DNA of 35,943 nucleotides from Arenicellales bacterium (GTDB lineage: Bacteria > Pseudomonadota > Gammaproteobacteria > Arenicellales > Spongiicolonaceae): NCBI GenBank assembly GCA_028286165.1, contig JAPYMU010000177.1, positions 1 to 35,943 on the forward strand, in the 5' to 3' direction. The first letter of the stretch is position 1. Every line of letters begins with the position of its first letter. This document shows, one piece after another, positions 24,903-34,155 of this stretch. Below the pieces are notes generated by a model. It saw only the letters and a program-made list of their open reading frames with translations, made no database searches and had not been told where the DNA came from. Both the position numbers and the translations under genes were made by a program.

Positions 24903-25876
24903 GGTTGCGCCTCGGTGGCGGCGGCGCCGTCGTAGGCCTGGACAATTTTGCGCACCAGCGGATGGCGCACCACGTCGCCGGCGGTGAAGCGGGTGAAACT
25001 GATGCCGTCAATGCCGTCCAGCACCCGCGCGGCGTGCCTGAGTCCGGAGCGGACGCCGGCGGGCAGGTCAATTTGCGTCACATCGCCGGTGACCACCACC
25101 CGCGAGCCGAAGCCGGTGCGGGTGAGAAACATTTTCATCTGCTCCACCGTGGTGTTCTGCGCCTCGTCCAGAATGACAAAAGAATTGTTCAACGTGCGGC
25201 CGCGCATGTAGGCCAGCGGCGCCAGTTCAATGACGCCGCGCTCAAGCAGGCGCGCGACTTTGTCAAAACCGAGCATCTCATACAGCGCATCGTACAGCGG
25301 GCGCAGGTACGGGTCTACTTTCTGGCCGATGTCGCCGGGCAGAAAACCCAGCCGCTCGCCGGCCTCCACCACCGGCCGCACCAGCAGGATGCGCTCGCAC
25401 TCGCCCCCGGCCAGGGCGCGCGCCGCGCTGGCCACGGCGAGGTAGGTTTTGCCGGTGCCGGCCGGGCCGATGCCGAAGTTGATGTCGTTGCTTTGGATGC
25501 GCGCCAGGTAGGCGCGCTGGCGCGGGGTCTGGCCGCTGATGCGGCCCTTGCGGGTGCGGATGGTGACGCCGCCCTCGGCGGCGCCGGACTCGCCGCCGGC
25601 GCCGGCCAGGTCGGTGAGCATCATGTGGATGCGCTGCGGGGCGATGGCGCCGCCGTCGCCGCTGCCGGCGTCGCGGTAGAGGCGCTGCAGCAGGCGGCTG
25701 GCGTCGGCGGTGCGGCGGCGCTCGCCGTGGATGCTGAAGTGGTGGCCGCGCTGGGTGATGTGCACGCCGAGGTGGCTTTCAATTTGCTTGAGGTGGGCGT
25801 TGAACTGACCGCACAGGCGGGCGAGACGGTCGTTGTCCGGCGGCAGCAGTTCCAGTTCGGCGCTGGTTTGGTTCAC
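24899..25876 (-). CDS. phoH: PhoH-like ATPase (YbeZ)
   Basis: GTG start. Walker A FGIGPAGTGKTYLAV, plus ILDEAQNTT and VVVTGDVTQIDLP. Confidence 0.92.
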   Translation of the reverse strand: MNQTSAELELLPPDNDRLARLCGQFNAHLKQIESHLGVHITQRGHHFSIHGERRRTADASRLLQRLYRDAGSGDGGAIAPQRIHMMLTDLAGAGGESGAAEGGVTIRTRKGRISGQTPRQRAYLARIQSNDINFGIGPAGTGKTYLAVASAARALAGGECERILLVRPVVEAGERLGFLPGDIGQKVDPYLRPLYDALYEMLGFDKVARLLERGVIELAPLAYMRGRTLNNSFVILDEAQNTTVEQMKMFLTRTGFGSRVVVTGDVTQIDLPAGVRSGLRHAARVLDGIDGISFTRFTAGDVVRHPLVRKIVQAYDGAAATEAQP

Positions 25877-25892
25877 GGAGTGGGCGAATCGC

Positions 25893-27272
25893 TCAGGCGG
25901 CGGCGGGGACGGTGGTTGCGGGTGCGGAAACGGTGGTTGCAGTGTCCGGAATGGTTAACTCACCGAGCAAAGAGTTGGGCCGCGCTTCGGTGATGGTGAC
26001 GTCCACAAAGCGGCCGCTGAGGGACGGCGGTCCGGCGAAGTTCACCACCTTGTTGTGCGTGGTGCGGCCGCACAAACGGCGGCGGTCGCGGCTGGAAACG
26101 CCGTCCACCAGCACCCGCTGCCGGGCGCCCACCAGCGCGCGGTTGAAGGCCAGGGCGTTGGCGCTGAGTTTTTGCTGCAAGCGGGCGAGGCGGTCTTTCT
26201 TAACCGCCGGCGGCACTTCGTCCGGCAGTTGTGCGGCGGGCGTACCGGGGCGCGGGCTGTAGAGAAAACTGAAAGACTGGTCAAATTGCATTTCGTCCAC
26301 CAAGTTCAGCGTGGCGGCGAAATCATCCTCGCTCTCGCCGGGAAAACCGACGATGAAGTCGGAGGTGAGGCTGAGGCCGGGGCGATGGTTGCGCACCGCG
26401 GAAATAATTTCACGGTAACGTTCCACGCTGTAGCGGCGCTTCATCAAAAACAAAATGCGCTCGGAGCCGCTCTGCACCGGCAGGTGAAGGTGGCTTGCCA
26501 GTTGCGGCAGGTCGGCGTAGGCGCGCACCAAAGTGTCGGTGAAGTCGGCCGGGTGGGAAGTGGTGTAGCGGATGCGCTCAATGCCGTCCACTTCGGCGAC
26601 ATAGTAAAGCAGGGTGCCGAAATCCATCACGCCGCCGGCGGCGGTGGCGCCGCGGTAGCCGTTGACATTCTGGCCGAGCAGCGTGACTTCGCGCACGCCC
26701 TGGGCGGCGAGGTCCACGATTTCGGTGACCACATCGTCAAAGGGCCGGCTGAATTCTTCGCCCCGGGTGTAGGGGACGACGCAGAAAGTGCAGTATTTGC
26801 TGCACCCTTCCATGATGGAAACAAAGGCGCGCGCGCCGTCCACCCGCGCCGGCGGCAGGCAGTCAAACTTTTCAATCTCAGGAAACGAAACATCCACCGC
26901 CGCCCGCCGGGTCGCGCGCGCCGTTTTCAGCATCTGCGGCAGGCGGTGGTAGGTCTGCGGCCCGAAAACCAAATCCACAAACGGCGCGCGCGCAAGAATC
27001 TGCCCGCCCTCCTGGCTTGCAACACAGCCGCCGACGCCAATCACCAGCGACGGCCGCGCCAACTTCCACTCGCGCCACCGCCCAAGTTGCGAAAAAACCT
27101 TCTCCTGCGCCTTCTCCCGCACCGAGCAGGTGTTGAGCAGCAGCACATCGGCCTCCTCGGCACAATCCGTCACCGCCATCCCGCACGAATCCGCAAGCAG
27201 CCCGGCCATGCGGGCCGAGTCGTACTCATTCATCTGGCAGCCGAAGGTTTTGATGTGGAGTTTTTGGGGCAT
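25893..27272 (-). CDS. miaB: tRNA-2-methylthio-N6-dimethylallyladenosine synthase
   Basis: Motifs [19 protein letters not shown], the radical-SAM [11 protein letters not shown], and a TRAM domain ...[21 protein letters not shown] 20-aa Thr/Ala/Pro tail follows, encoded by repeat units. Confidence 0.95.
   Translation of the reverse strand: MPQKLHIKTFGCQMNEYDSARMAGLLADSCGMAVTDCAEEADVLLLNTCSVREKAQEKVFSQLGRWREWKLARPSLVIGVGGCVASQEGGQILARAPFVDLVFGPQTYHRLPQMLKTARATRRAAVDVSFPEIEKFDCLPPARVDGARAFVSIMEGCSKYCTFCVVPYTRGEEFSRPFDDVVTEIVDLAAQGVREVTLLGQNVNGYRGATAAGGVMDFGTLLYYVAEVDGIERIRYTTSHPADFTDTLVRAYADLPQLASHLHLPVQSGSERILFLMKRRYSVERYREIISAVRNHRPGLSLTSDFIVGFPGESEDDFAATLNLVDEMQFDQSFSFLYSPRPGTPAAQLPDEVPPAVKKDRLARLQQKLSANALAFNRALVGARQRVLVDGVSSRDRRRLCGRTTHNKVVNFAGPPSLSGRFVDVTITEARPNSLLGELTIPDTATTVSAPATTVPAAA
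25905..25961. repeat. Two and a half copies of the 21-bp unit family inside the miaB 3' end
   Basis: Units gggacGGTGGTTGCgggtgcg, gaaacGGTGGTTGCagtgtcc and ggaatGGTTaactc. GGTT cores at 25914, 25935 and 25953 give spacings of 21 and 18 bp. Confidence 0.75.
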
Positions 27273-27520
27273 TGGCGGGGATTATGCCACAAGGAGCGCG
27301 AATGCATATGCCGGCAGCATTCCGGACTTGCGGCCCGTTGAAAAAGGGCGCAGTTCGCCGGCTTGGCACAAACTGTGCCCGGCCCCCATGCGCCAAATGT
27401 CCGCCGACTTTGGCCAGCGGGTTCGCCGGCGCTTTCGCCCGTGCACAGGGCCGGCGGCACTGCCGCACCCCACCCTGAAACCACCCCCAAAATCCAGAAT
27501 GGGGCGGCATCACACCGCGA

Positions 27521-27549
27521 TTGACAAACCTGCCTTTTTGCAGTACCTT
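27521..27549 (+). promoter_or_regulatory. Possible sigma70 promoter for the ABC operon (TTGACA - 17 bp - TACCTT)
   Basis: Perfect -35 at 27521-27526 and a weak -10 at 27544-27549, 84 nt upstream of ATG 27633. Confidence 0.3.
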
Positions 27550-27632
27550 TCGCAATGGCGGCCAGCACTATGTTGTGTTGCGCCGGCACGCAAAAAACAA
27601 AAAAAACGGCCGCACTGGCCGGGAGGAGACCA

Positions 27633-28913
27633 ATGTTCTATCCAAAAAACCTGGCCGGTTTGCTGCCGGCCGCTGCTTGCGTGGTGATGCTGCTGTTGCC
27701 CGGGCTGTCCCAGGCGCAGGAGCGCACTGTGAAAATCGCCGGGTGGGGCGCCAAGTCCGGGCCGTTGCGCTCGTTTGGCGTGAACTCGGAGGCGGTGCTG
27801 AAAGCCGCGGTCGAGTCCATCAACGCCGAAGGCGGAGTCAGCCTCGGTGACGGCACGCGGGCCATGATGGAAATGGAATACTACGACTCGGCGTGCAATG
27901 CCGACCAGGCAATTTCGGTGGCGCGCAAGGTTGCGTCGCAGACCGAAGCGCTGATTGGAATCGGGCCCACGTGTTCCGGCGCCGCCGCCGCCATGTATGG
28001 AATTTTTCAGAAAAATGTGGACAACAGCGGCGACACCGGGCTGCAGTTTCCGATTCTGACCGACACCGCCATTCGTCCCGGACTGGCCAAGAAATCCCAG
28101 TGGACATTTCGCAATGTGCCGAATGAAATTAACATGTACGACGAACTGTTCGCCTGGCTGAGGGAAAACCACCCCGATGTCAAAACCATTTACGGCGGCA
28201 CCGAAACCAACCAGGCGCACTCCAAATTAACTTTTGCAAAAGTGATTGTGCAAATGGCCACCAAGCACGGCTTCGAGTGGGTCGGCGGCGGCATCGACGG
28301 GCTGACCGGCAAAATCGGCTCAGGCTCGGACCAGGTTTTGGAAACCACCAAGGCCTCCAACTGGCTGATGGAAGACACCAACTTTTCGGTGCAGGCGCGC
28401 GCTTTCAAAAAGTCCCGCGCCGACATGCTGATTGTGTCCTCGCACCCGTTCACCACCTGCGGCATGCTGAAAGAAATGAAACGCCAGCGCGTACGGCCGA
28501 AGGTGCTGGTGGGCTTGACCAGTTCGTCCAGCCAGGAGACCCTGCTTGGGTGCGCCGCCGAGGCCGAGGGCATGTATATTCCCACGGGTTTTGCGCCGGT
28601 CACCAGCGTCGCCAAAAGAGTGGCGAAGGCGGCCACCGCAAACGGCGGCTTTGCCGACTTGCACAGCGCGGCGGCCTGGGAAAACGCCTGGATTATCAAA
28701 CAAGTGGTGGAGGAAACCGGCATTATGGCGAAGCCCTCTACTTTGGCCGCAGACCGCCGCAAGATGCGCGACGGTCTTGAGGCGCTGGACAATGTGGACG
28801 GCCTGCTGGGCAGCGTCGGCCGGGTGCGGGACGAGGGCGAATCCATTAAGCCCTTTGTGTTTGTCCAGGCCACCGGGGGCCAGTGGGTCGTGGTGCACGA
28901 CCCGCGCAACTGA
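27633..28913 (+). CDS. ABC transporter substrate-binding protein, Liv/HAAT (Peripla_BP_6-like) family
   Basis: Track ORF trimmed to ATG 27633, which has GGGAGGAG 5 nt upstream. Signal peptide MFYPKNLAGLLPAAACVVMLLLPGLSQAQ/E. The mature part begins RTVKIAGWGAKSGPLRSFG. 426 aa. Confidence 0.85.
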   Translation: MFYPKNLAGLLPAAACVVMLLLPGLSQAQERTVKIAGWGAKSGPLRSFGVNSEAVLKAAVESINAEGGVSLGDGTRAMMEMEYYDSACNADQAISVARKVASQTEALIGIGPTCSGAAAAMYGIFQKNVDNSGDTGLQFPILTDTAIRPGLAKKSQWTFRNVPNEINMYDELFAWLRENHPDVKTIYGGTETNQAHSKLTFAKVIVQMATKHGFEWVGGGIDGLTGKIGSGSDQVLETTKASNWLMEDTNFSVQARAFKKSRADMLIVSSHPFTTCGMLKEMKRQRVRPKVLVGLTSSSSQETLLGCAAEAEGMYIPTGFAPVTSVAKRVAKAATANGGFADLHSAAAWENAWIIKQVVEETGIMAKPSTLAADRRKMRDGLEALDNVDGLLGSVGRVRDEGESIKPFVFVQATGGQWVVVHDPRN

Positions 28914-29012
28914 TTCGCTTTCCGAATCGATGCCATAATAGGCGGAGCGCCTCCTCCTGCAAACGGGGGCGCTTTGCCTGTTTATTGTTGCTTTATTAGC
29001 GGGTGGCATGCC

Positions 29013-29909
29013 GTGGAAGATTTTTGGATTGAGGCCATTGAACTGACCCAGTCGGTCATCGACGGCCTGCTTTTTGGCTCCACATATGCCTTAATCGGCA
29101 TCGGGTTCACTTTAATCTTCGGCGCCATGCATAAGTTAAACATGACTTACGCGGCCGCATCCATTGCCGGCGCATATGTTGGCCTGGTGGTTTTTGTATT
29201 CTTTAGCGCCCACCCGCTGCTTGTTTTTGCGGTGTCTTCCCTTGCCTCGGGGCTGATTGGCCTGCTGGTGTACCTGATTTGCTTCAGGTTCATTCCGGTG
29301 AACAACCACCTGGCCGCGCTGATGGCCACGGTGGGCGCTCTGTTTTTCATTGACGAAGTCATCATCCACATCACCAACGCATCGCCGCTTGCCTTTCCCG
29401 CGCTGTTCGGCGCCGCGTCGTTTGACCTGGGCGCAGTCTGGATTCGCGGCGATTTGCTTTTTGTGTTTGCGGCCAGCGTGGCCAGTACGGCCGCGCTTCT
29501 TTATGTTCTATACCGCACCCGGCTGGGGCTTGCGACGCGCGCCGTGTCCCAGCAGAACGTTGCCGCGCAACTTTGCGGCATTGATGTGCACCGCACCAAC
29601 GCCACCACTTTCGTCGTCGCCGGCCTGCTCGGTGGAATTGCCGGCGCCATGACCGCCGCCTCGGTGGGTGTGCTGTCGCCCTTGCTGACGCTGCCCATCA
29701 CCGTCAAGGGTTTAATCGTCACCGTGGTCGGCGGACTCGGCTCCATCCCCGGCGCCATTATTGCCGGGCTTATGGTCGGCGCCGCGGAAAATGTGTTCCT
29801 GTATTTGCGCGGCGTGAACGAGCGCGACATTTATGTCCTGCTGCTGCTGTTTGTTTTTCTGGTCTTCCGCCCCAACGGAATTTTCGGGAAATCCATCAAC
29901 CGGGACTGA
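29013..29909 (+). CDS. Branched-chain amino acid-type ABC permease (LivH-like), set 1
   Basis: SVIDGLLFGSTYALIGIGFTLIFGAMHKLNMTYAA matches the LivH N-terminal signature. Track start TTG 28974 trimmed to in-frame GTG 29013, to match the usual distance to the GSTYAL motif. The start is uncertain. Confidence 0.8.
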   Translation: MEDFWIEAIELTQSVIDGLLFGSTYALIGIGFTLIFGAMHKLNMTYAAASIAGAYVGLVVFVFFSAHPLLVFAVSSLASGLIGLLVYLICFRFIPVNNHLAALMATVGALFFIDEVIIHITNASPLAFPALFGAASFDLGAVWIRGDLLFVFAASVASTAALLYVLYRTRLGLATRAVSQQNVAAQLCGIDVHRTNATTFVVAGLLGGIAGAMTAASVGVLSPLLTLPITVKGLIVTVVGGLGSIPGAIIAGLMVGAAENVFLYLRGVNERDIYVLLLLFVFLVFRPNGIFGKSINRD

Positions 29910-29913
29910 GCAC

Positions 29914-30828
29914 ATGGAATTTTATTTCGGCCTTGCGCAGATTATCGGCATCCATGTGATTCTCGGGTTGTCGGCATATGTTCTGATGTTGACCGGGCAG
30001 TTGTCCCTGGCCCAGGCCGGGTTTTTCGCCATTGGCGCGTATTCCGCCGGCATCCTCACCGTTCTTTTTCAATTTCATATTGTCCCGGCATTAATTATCG
30101 CGTCGCTTGTCGCCGGCTTGTTCGCTTTTCTGATCGGATTTCCGGCGCTGCGGGTCCGCGGGTTGATGCTGGTGGTCGCGACCATCGCTTTCAGCGAGGT
30201 TGTCCGGCTGTTCTTTTTTAATCTAAGCTGGCGCAAAACCATAGACGGCATAGAAGCCGGCCCCGACAGCACCAACGGGTTCAGGGAAATCCGCTTTTTT
30301 GCCGCCAACGGCTGGGAGCCGTTCCAAGTCACGCTGTTCGTGTGGCTGTTTGTGGCGCTGGTCATGTTTCTTATCTGGTGGTCGGACCGGGCGCGCAGCG
30401 GCGCCGTCCTGCGCGCGGTCGGTGAAGACGAACTGGCCGCGCACAGTGTCGGCATCAACATCACCGCGGTAAAAGTTGCGGCGATGACCGCCGGCGGCAT
30501 GATTGCCGGCATCGGCGGCGCGCTGTATGCCCACACCGCCACATATGTGGACCACCTGACCTTCACCATTCTCCTGGGAACGTTTGCGATTGCATACCCC
30601 ATCCTCGGCGGTTTGCGCAGTGTGTTCGGCACCCTGCTCGCGGTGGTCCTGATTCAGGGCGTACTGGTGGAGGGCCTGCGCGCCCTCGGCGACTGGCGCA
30701 ACATTTTGTTCGGCGTGATCATCATTCTGACGATGAACCTCAAGCCCGGCGGGCTGTTTGACACGCAGACGGTTCAAGCGCTCAGGAAAGGGCTGGCTTT
30801 CAGGGACAAGGGGGCGCCCAATGCTTGA
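29914..30828 (+). CDS. Branched-chain amino acid-type ABC permease (LivM-like), set 1
   Basis: Track ORF trimmed to ATG 29914, 4 nt after the previous stop. Motifs GQLSLAQAGFFAIGAYSAGILT and LRAVGEDELAAHSVGIN. Confidence 0.85.
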   Translation: MEFYFGLAQIIGIHVILGLSAYVLMLTGQLSLAQAGFFAIGAYSAGILTVLFQFHIVPALIIASLVAGLFAFLIGFPALRVRGLMLVVATIAFSEVVRLFFFNLSWRKTIDGIEAGPDSTNGFREIRFFAANGWEPFQVTLFVWLFVALVMFLIWWSDRARSGAVLRAVGEDELAAHSVGINITAVKVAAMTAGGMIAGIGGALYAHTATYVDHLTFTILLGTFAIAYPILGGLRSVFGTLLAVVLIQGVLVEGLRALGDWRNILFGVIIILTMNLKPGGLFDTQTVQALRKGLAFRDKGAPNA

Positions 30829-31579
30829 GTTAAAAGGCGTCACCAAAAGATTTGGCGGGGTGCAGGCGGTTAATGGCCTGGATATTTCCGTTGCCGAAAA
30901 TGAGATTTTCGGGCTGATTGGCCCGAACGGCTCCGGCAAAAGCACCACCGTGAATTTAATCTGCGGCATCTACCCGGTCACCGCCGGCGAAATTGTTTTT
31001 AACGGCAAAAACCTCGCCGGGTTGCCGCCGCACAAGCGCTTGCGCGCGGGCATCGCGCGAACTTTTCAGAACATCCGCCTGTTTCCAAACCTGACCGTTT
31101 GGCAAAACCTGCTGGTGGCGCGCAATTCAATGGAAGACGTCCATTCACAAAGTTTTCTCGCCCGCTGGCTTGGCGAGACCCGGCACACCCGCGGGGAAAT
31201 AGAAAGCATTCTTGAATTCTCCGACCTTGCGGACAAGGCCGATGACTTGGCCTCCAACCTTGCTTTTGGCGAACAGCGCCGCCTTGAACTGGCGCGCGCC
31301 GCGGCCGCCAAACCCAGACTTCTGCTGCTTGACGAACCGGCCGCGGGAATGAACCGCGAAGAAGTGCAGGACCTGATTCACCGCGTGCGCGGCTTGCGCG
31401 ACAGCGGAATTACAATTCTGCTGGTTGAGCACGTGATGCAGCTGGTGATGAATGTGACCGATCGAATTTGCGTGATTAACTTCGGGCAGAAAATTGCCCA
31501 GGGGACCCCGGATGAGATCCAAAACCACAGCGCTGTTCAGGAAGCCTATTTCGGCACCACAGCCGGGGACCCGGATTAG
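30821..31579 (+). CDS. ABC transporter ATP-binding protein (LivG-like), set 1
   Basis: Track ORF trimmed to ATG 30821, an 8-nt overlap with the previous gene. Walker A GPNGSGKST, signature LAFGEQRRLELAR, Walker B LLLLDEPAAGMN, H-loop LLVEHVM. Confidence 0.9.
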   Translation: MLELKGVTKRFGGVQAVNGLDISVAENEIFGLIGPNGSGKSTTVNLICGIYPVTAGEIVFNGKNLAGLPPHKRLRAGIARTFQNIRLFPNLTVWQNLLVARNSMEDVHSQSFLARWLGETRHTRGEIESILEFSDLADKADDLASNLAFGEQRRLELARAAAAKPRLLLLDEPAAGMNREEVQDLIHRVRGLRDSGITILLVEHVMQLVMNVTDRICVINFGQKIAQGTPDEIQNHSAVQEAYFGTTAGDPD

Positions 31580-31590
31580 GTAACGCTATC

Positions 31591-32295
31591 ATGCTGCGAG
31601 TGGAAAACCTGGTCACCGCGTACGGCAAAATCAAGGCGCTGCGCGGCGTCACCCTTGAGGCGCGCGAGGGCGAGGTGACCTGCCTGCTCGGGCCCAATGG
31701 CGCGGGCAAAACAACGACAATGTTTTCCATTGCCGGAATCCTGCGCCCGACGTCCGGCGACATCACCCTGGATGGTGAAAGTCTGCGCGGCCTCGGCGCC
31801 GCCAGAGTGGTCGGCAAAGGCGTGGCCCTGGTCCCGGAAAACCGCCTGGTGTTTCCGCAGATGACGGTCAGTGACAACCTGCATGCCGGCGCGTTTTCCC
31901 GCCGCGACGACCGGAAACGGCAGCGGGATATGGAAAAAATTTACCAGCGCTTTCCGGTGCTCCGCGAGCGCAGCCGGCAGCCGGCCGGCACCTTGTCCGG
32001 GGGCGAACAGCAGATGCTGGCCATTGCGCGCGCGCTGATGGCGCGGCCGCGGATACTGCTGATGGACGAACCGTCCATTGGTCTTGCGCCGATTATCGTG
32101 GCGGAGATTTTTCGCATTATTGCCGAAATCAACCGTGAAGGCGTGAGCATTCTTCTGGTTGAGCAAAACGCGCGCATGGCGCTTAAGTTTGCTCACCGGC
32201 TGTATTTGATTCAGCAGGGCGAGATTACCTTCAGCGGCACTCCCGATGAACTCGGTCAAGACGAAGTCATTCAGCGCAGTTATCTGGGCGGCTAA
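31591..32295 (+). CDS. ABC transporter ATP-binding protein (LivF-like), set 1
   Basis: Walker A GPNGAGKTT, signature LSGGEQQMLAIARAL, Walker B ILLMDEPSIGLAP, and LLVEQNA. Confidence 0.9.
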   Translation: MLRVENLVTAYGKIKALRGVTLEAREGEVTCLLGPNGAGKTTTMFSIAGILRPTSGDITLDGESLRGLGAARVVGKGVALVPENRLVFPQMTVSDNLHAGAFSRRDDRKRQRDMEKIYQRFPVLRERSRQPAGTLSGGEQQMLAIARALMARPRILLMDEPSIGLAPIIVAEIFRIIAEINREGVSILLVEQNARMALKFAHRLYLIQQGEITFSGTPDELGQDEVIQRSYLGG

Positions 32296-32340
32296 GGCAG
32301 CGGCCGGGGCGCCGCCGGCAACGGCAAAGGCGGCCTGCGC

Positions 32341-33240
32341 ATGACCGACTTTCTTCAAAATTGCATTGACGGAGTCATGATCGGCTCCTCATATGCTTTG
32401 CTGGCGCTTGGCTTTACCATCATCTTCGGCGTGATGCGGCGGCTGAATCTTTCTTTCGGCCCCACCATTATGCTCGGCGCATTCGGCGGCGCCTGGTTAT
32501 ACCTGCATTTCAATATCAACCCGTGGCTTGTTCTGCTTGCCTGCATCGTGTTCACGGTGGCGGCCGGTGTTTATGTGGAGCGCCTGTGTTTTAACGCGAT
32601 TAAACGCAATGTCGCCATCACTTCCATGGTGTCGAGTTTCGTTATCTGGATGCAACTGGAGGAAATTGCGATTCACATTCTCCCCGACCGCACTTCGCCT
32701 TTCCCGCCCCTGTTCGCGTCTCTGAGTTTTGAGGCCGGCCCTTTTTACGTGCGCTCCGAATATTTGTTCATGTTTGCTGTCGCGGTCGCCGCGGTATTTG
32801 CCGTGGAACGAATTCTTCACCGCACCTGGTTCGGGCTGCGGTTAAGAGCGGTCGCCGAGGACCCGCGCGCGGCGGCTTACATGGGCATTAACGCCGGCCG
32901 CGTATCGGTGTATGCGTTTGTTCTGGTCTCGGTGCTGGGCGCGGTCGCGGGTTATCTGATTCTGGCCGCGGACCAGCAGGTCACGCCGTTCTTCGGTTTG
33001 TGGGCGACGTTCAAAGGCCTGATTGCAATGATGCTGGGTGGCATGGGCTCGCTGCCCGGCGCCATTATCGGCGGACTGCTGCTCGGCGTCATAGAAACCC
33101 AGAGCCTGTGGTATTTCGGCAACGAATACAAAGACCTGGCCGCGTATCTGGTTTTGTTTTTGATGCTGATCGCGCGCCCCGGCGGCATTATGGGGCAGCG
33201 TCTGGTGGAACGCCGGCGGCTGGCTTTTCGGCGGGTGTAG
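32341..33240 (+). CDS. Branched-chain amino acid-type ABC permease (LivH-like), set 2
   Basis: MTDFLQNCIDGVMIGSSYALLALGFTIIFGVMRRLNLSFGP is a paralogue of the 29013..29909 product. Confidence 0.85.
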   Translation: MTDFLQNCIDGVMIGSSYALLALGFTIIFGVMRRLNLSFGPTIMLGAFGGAWLYLHFNINPWLVLLACIVFTVAAGVYVERLCFNAIKRNVAITSMVSSFVIWMQLEEIAIHILPDRTSPFPPLFASLSFEAGPFYVRSEYLFMFAVAVAAVFAVERILHRTWFGLRLRAVAEDPRAAAYMGINAGRVSVYAFVLVSVLGAVAGYLILAADQQVTPFFGLWATFKGLIAMMLGGMGSLPGAIIGGLLLGVIETQSLWYFGNEYKDLAAYLVLFLMLIARPGGIMGQRLVERRRLAFRRV

Positions 33241-33243
33241 AAA

Positions 33244-34155
33244 ATGGACGCATACCACGTCACCGTGCTGTCCAACATCGGCATGATTTCGCTTATTGCG
33301 CTGTCGGCCTACCTGCTTCTGGTTTGCGGCGAGATTTCTTTCGGGCAGCAGGCCTATTTTGGAATCGGCGCGTATATTTCCGGCATCGCCACCGCCATGT
33401 GGGGCTGGCCGTTGTGGAGCGGCATGCTCGCCGGCGGTTTAATAGGCGCCTCGGCGGCCGCTTTTGTCGGCGCGCTCACCTTGCGCATCAACGGGTTTTA
33501 TTTTTCCATTGCGACCCTCGCTTTTGCGGAAATGATGCGCCTTCTGTTGTATGTGTTTCGTTACCAGGTCGAAATCGGCGGCGAGTTGGTCGGGCCGGAC
33601 GGTGAAAACGGTTTTCACGGCATCCGCTGGATTTTTGAAAACGACATCAGCACCGTGGAATTCATGTGGATCATATATGGCGTCCTGGCGTCGGTTGTGG
33701 CCGGCATGATGTTCATGGAGCGCAGCCGGCTGGGAAGAATTTTCCGCATGATAGGACAGGACGACATGCTGGCGCGCATGCAGGGGGTCAATGTGCTGCT
33801 GTATAAAGTCCTTGCCGCCCTCATTGCCGGTTTTATTGCCGGCGTCGGCGGCTCGTTGTATGCGCACTCATTCACCTACATAGAGCCGCAATTTTTTAAT
33901 GTCATGCTCGGTGTGCACGGGCTTGCCTACGGTTTGATTGGCGGCCTCGGCGTTGCTTTCGGGCCGTTGGTCGGCGTGGCCATTGACATCGGCTTTCTTG
34001 AGGCGATTCGCTGGATTCAAGGCTACCGCATGATTGCTTTCGGCGGCCTGGTCGCGGTTATGCTGATTTTCTGGCCGCGCGGCATCTTTGATGAAAAACG
34101 CTGGTATTCCATTCGCCGTTGCTTGCGGAGGATGTGCGGTGCTGAAACTTCGTGA
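33244..34155 (+). CDS. Branched-chain amino acid-type ABC permease (LivM-like), set 2
   Basis: Motifs GEISFGQQAYFGIGAYISGIAT and FRMIGQDDMLARMQGVN. It is a paralogue of the 29914..30828 product. Confidence 0.85.
   Translation: MDAYHVTVLSNIGMISLIALSAYLLLVCGEISFGQQAYFGIGAYISGIATAMWGWPLWSGMLAGGLIGASAAAFVGALTLRINGFYFSIATLAFAEMMRLLLYVFRYQVEIGGELVGPDGENGFHGIRWIFENDISTVEFMWIIYGVLASVVAGMMFMERSRLGRIFRMIGQDDMLARMQGVNVLLYKVLAALIAGFIAGVGGSLYAHSFTYIEPQFFNVMLGVHGLAYGLIGGLGVAFGPLVGVAIDIGFLEAIRWIQGYRMIAFGGLVAVMLIFWPRGIFDEKRWYSIRRCLRRMCGAETS

Noticed and set aside
22562-27341. Long plus-strand ORFs 22562..23659, 23734..24546, 24905..25993 and 26055..27341
   Set aside because: Each is the antisense shadow of lnt, corC, phoH or miaB respectively. 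The minus-strand genes carry catalytic motifs and operon-style overlaps.
28944-28990. Hairpin AGCGCC/GGCGCT (28946-28951 / 28968-28973) followed by T-rich sequence, between the binding-protein and permease genes, as an attenuating terminator
   Set aside because: The stem is only 6 bp, the loop is 16 nt, and the T-tract is interrupted. That is too weak to call, although partial termination after binding-protein genes is common.
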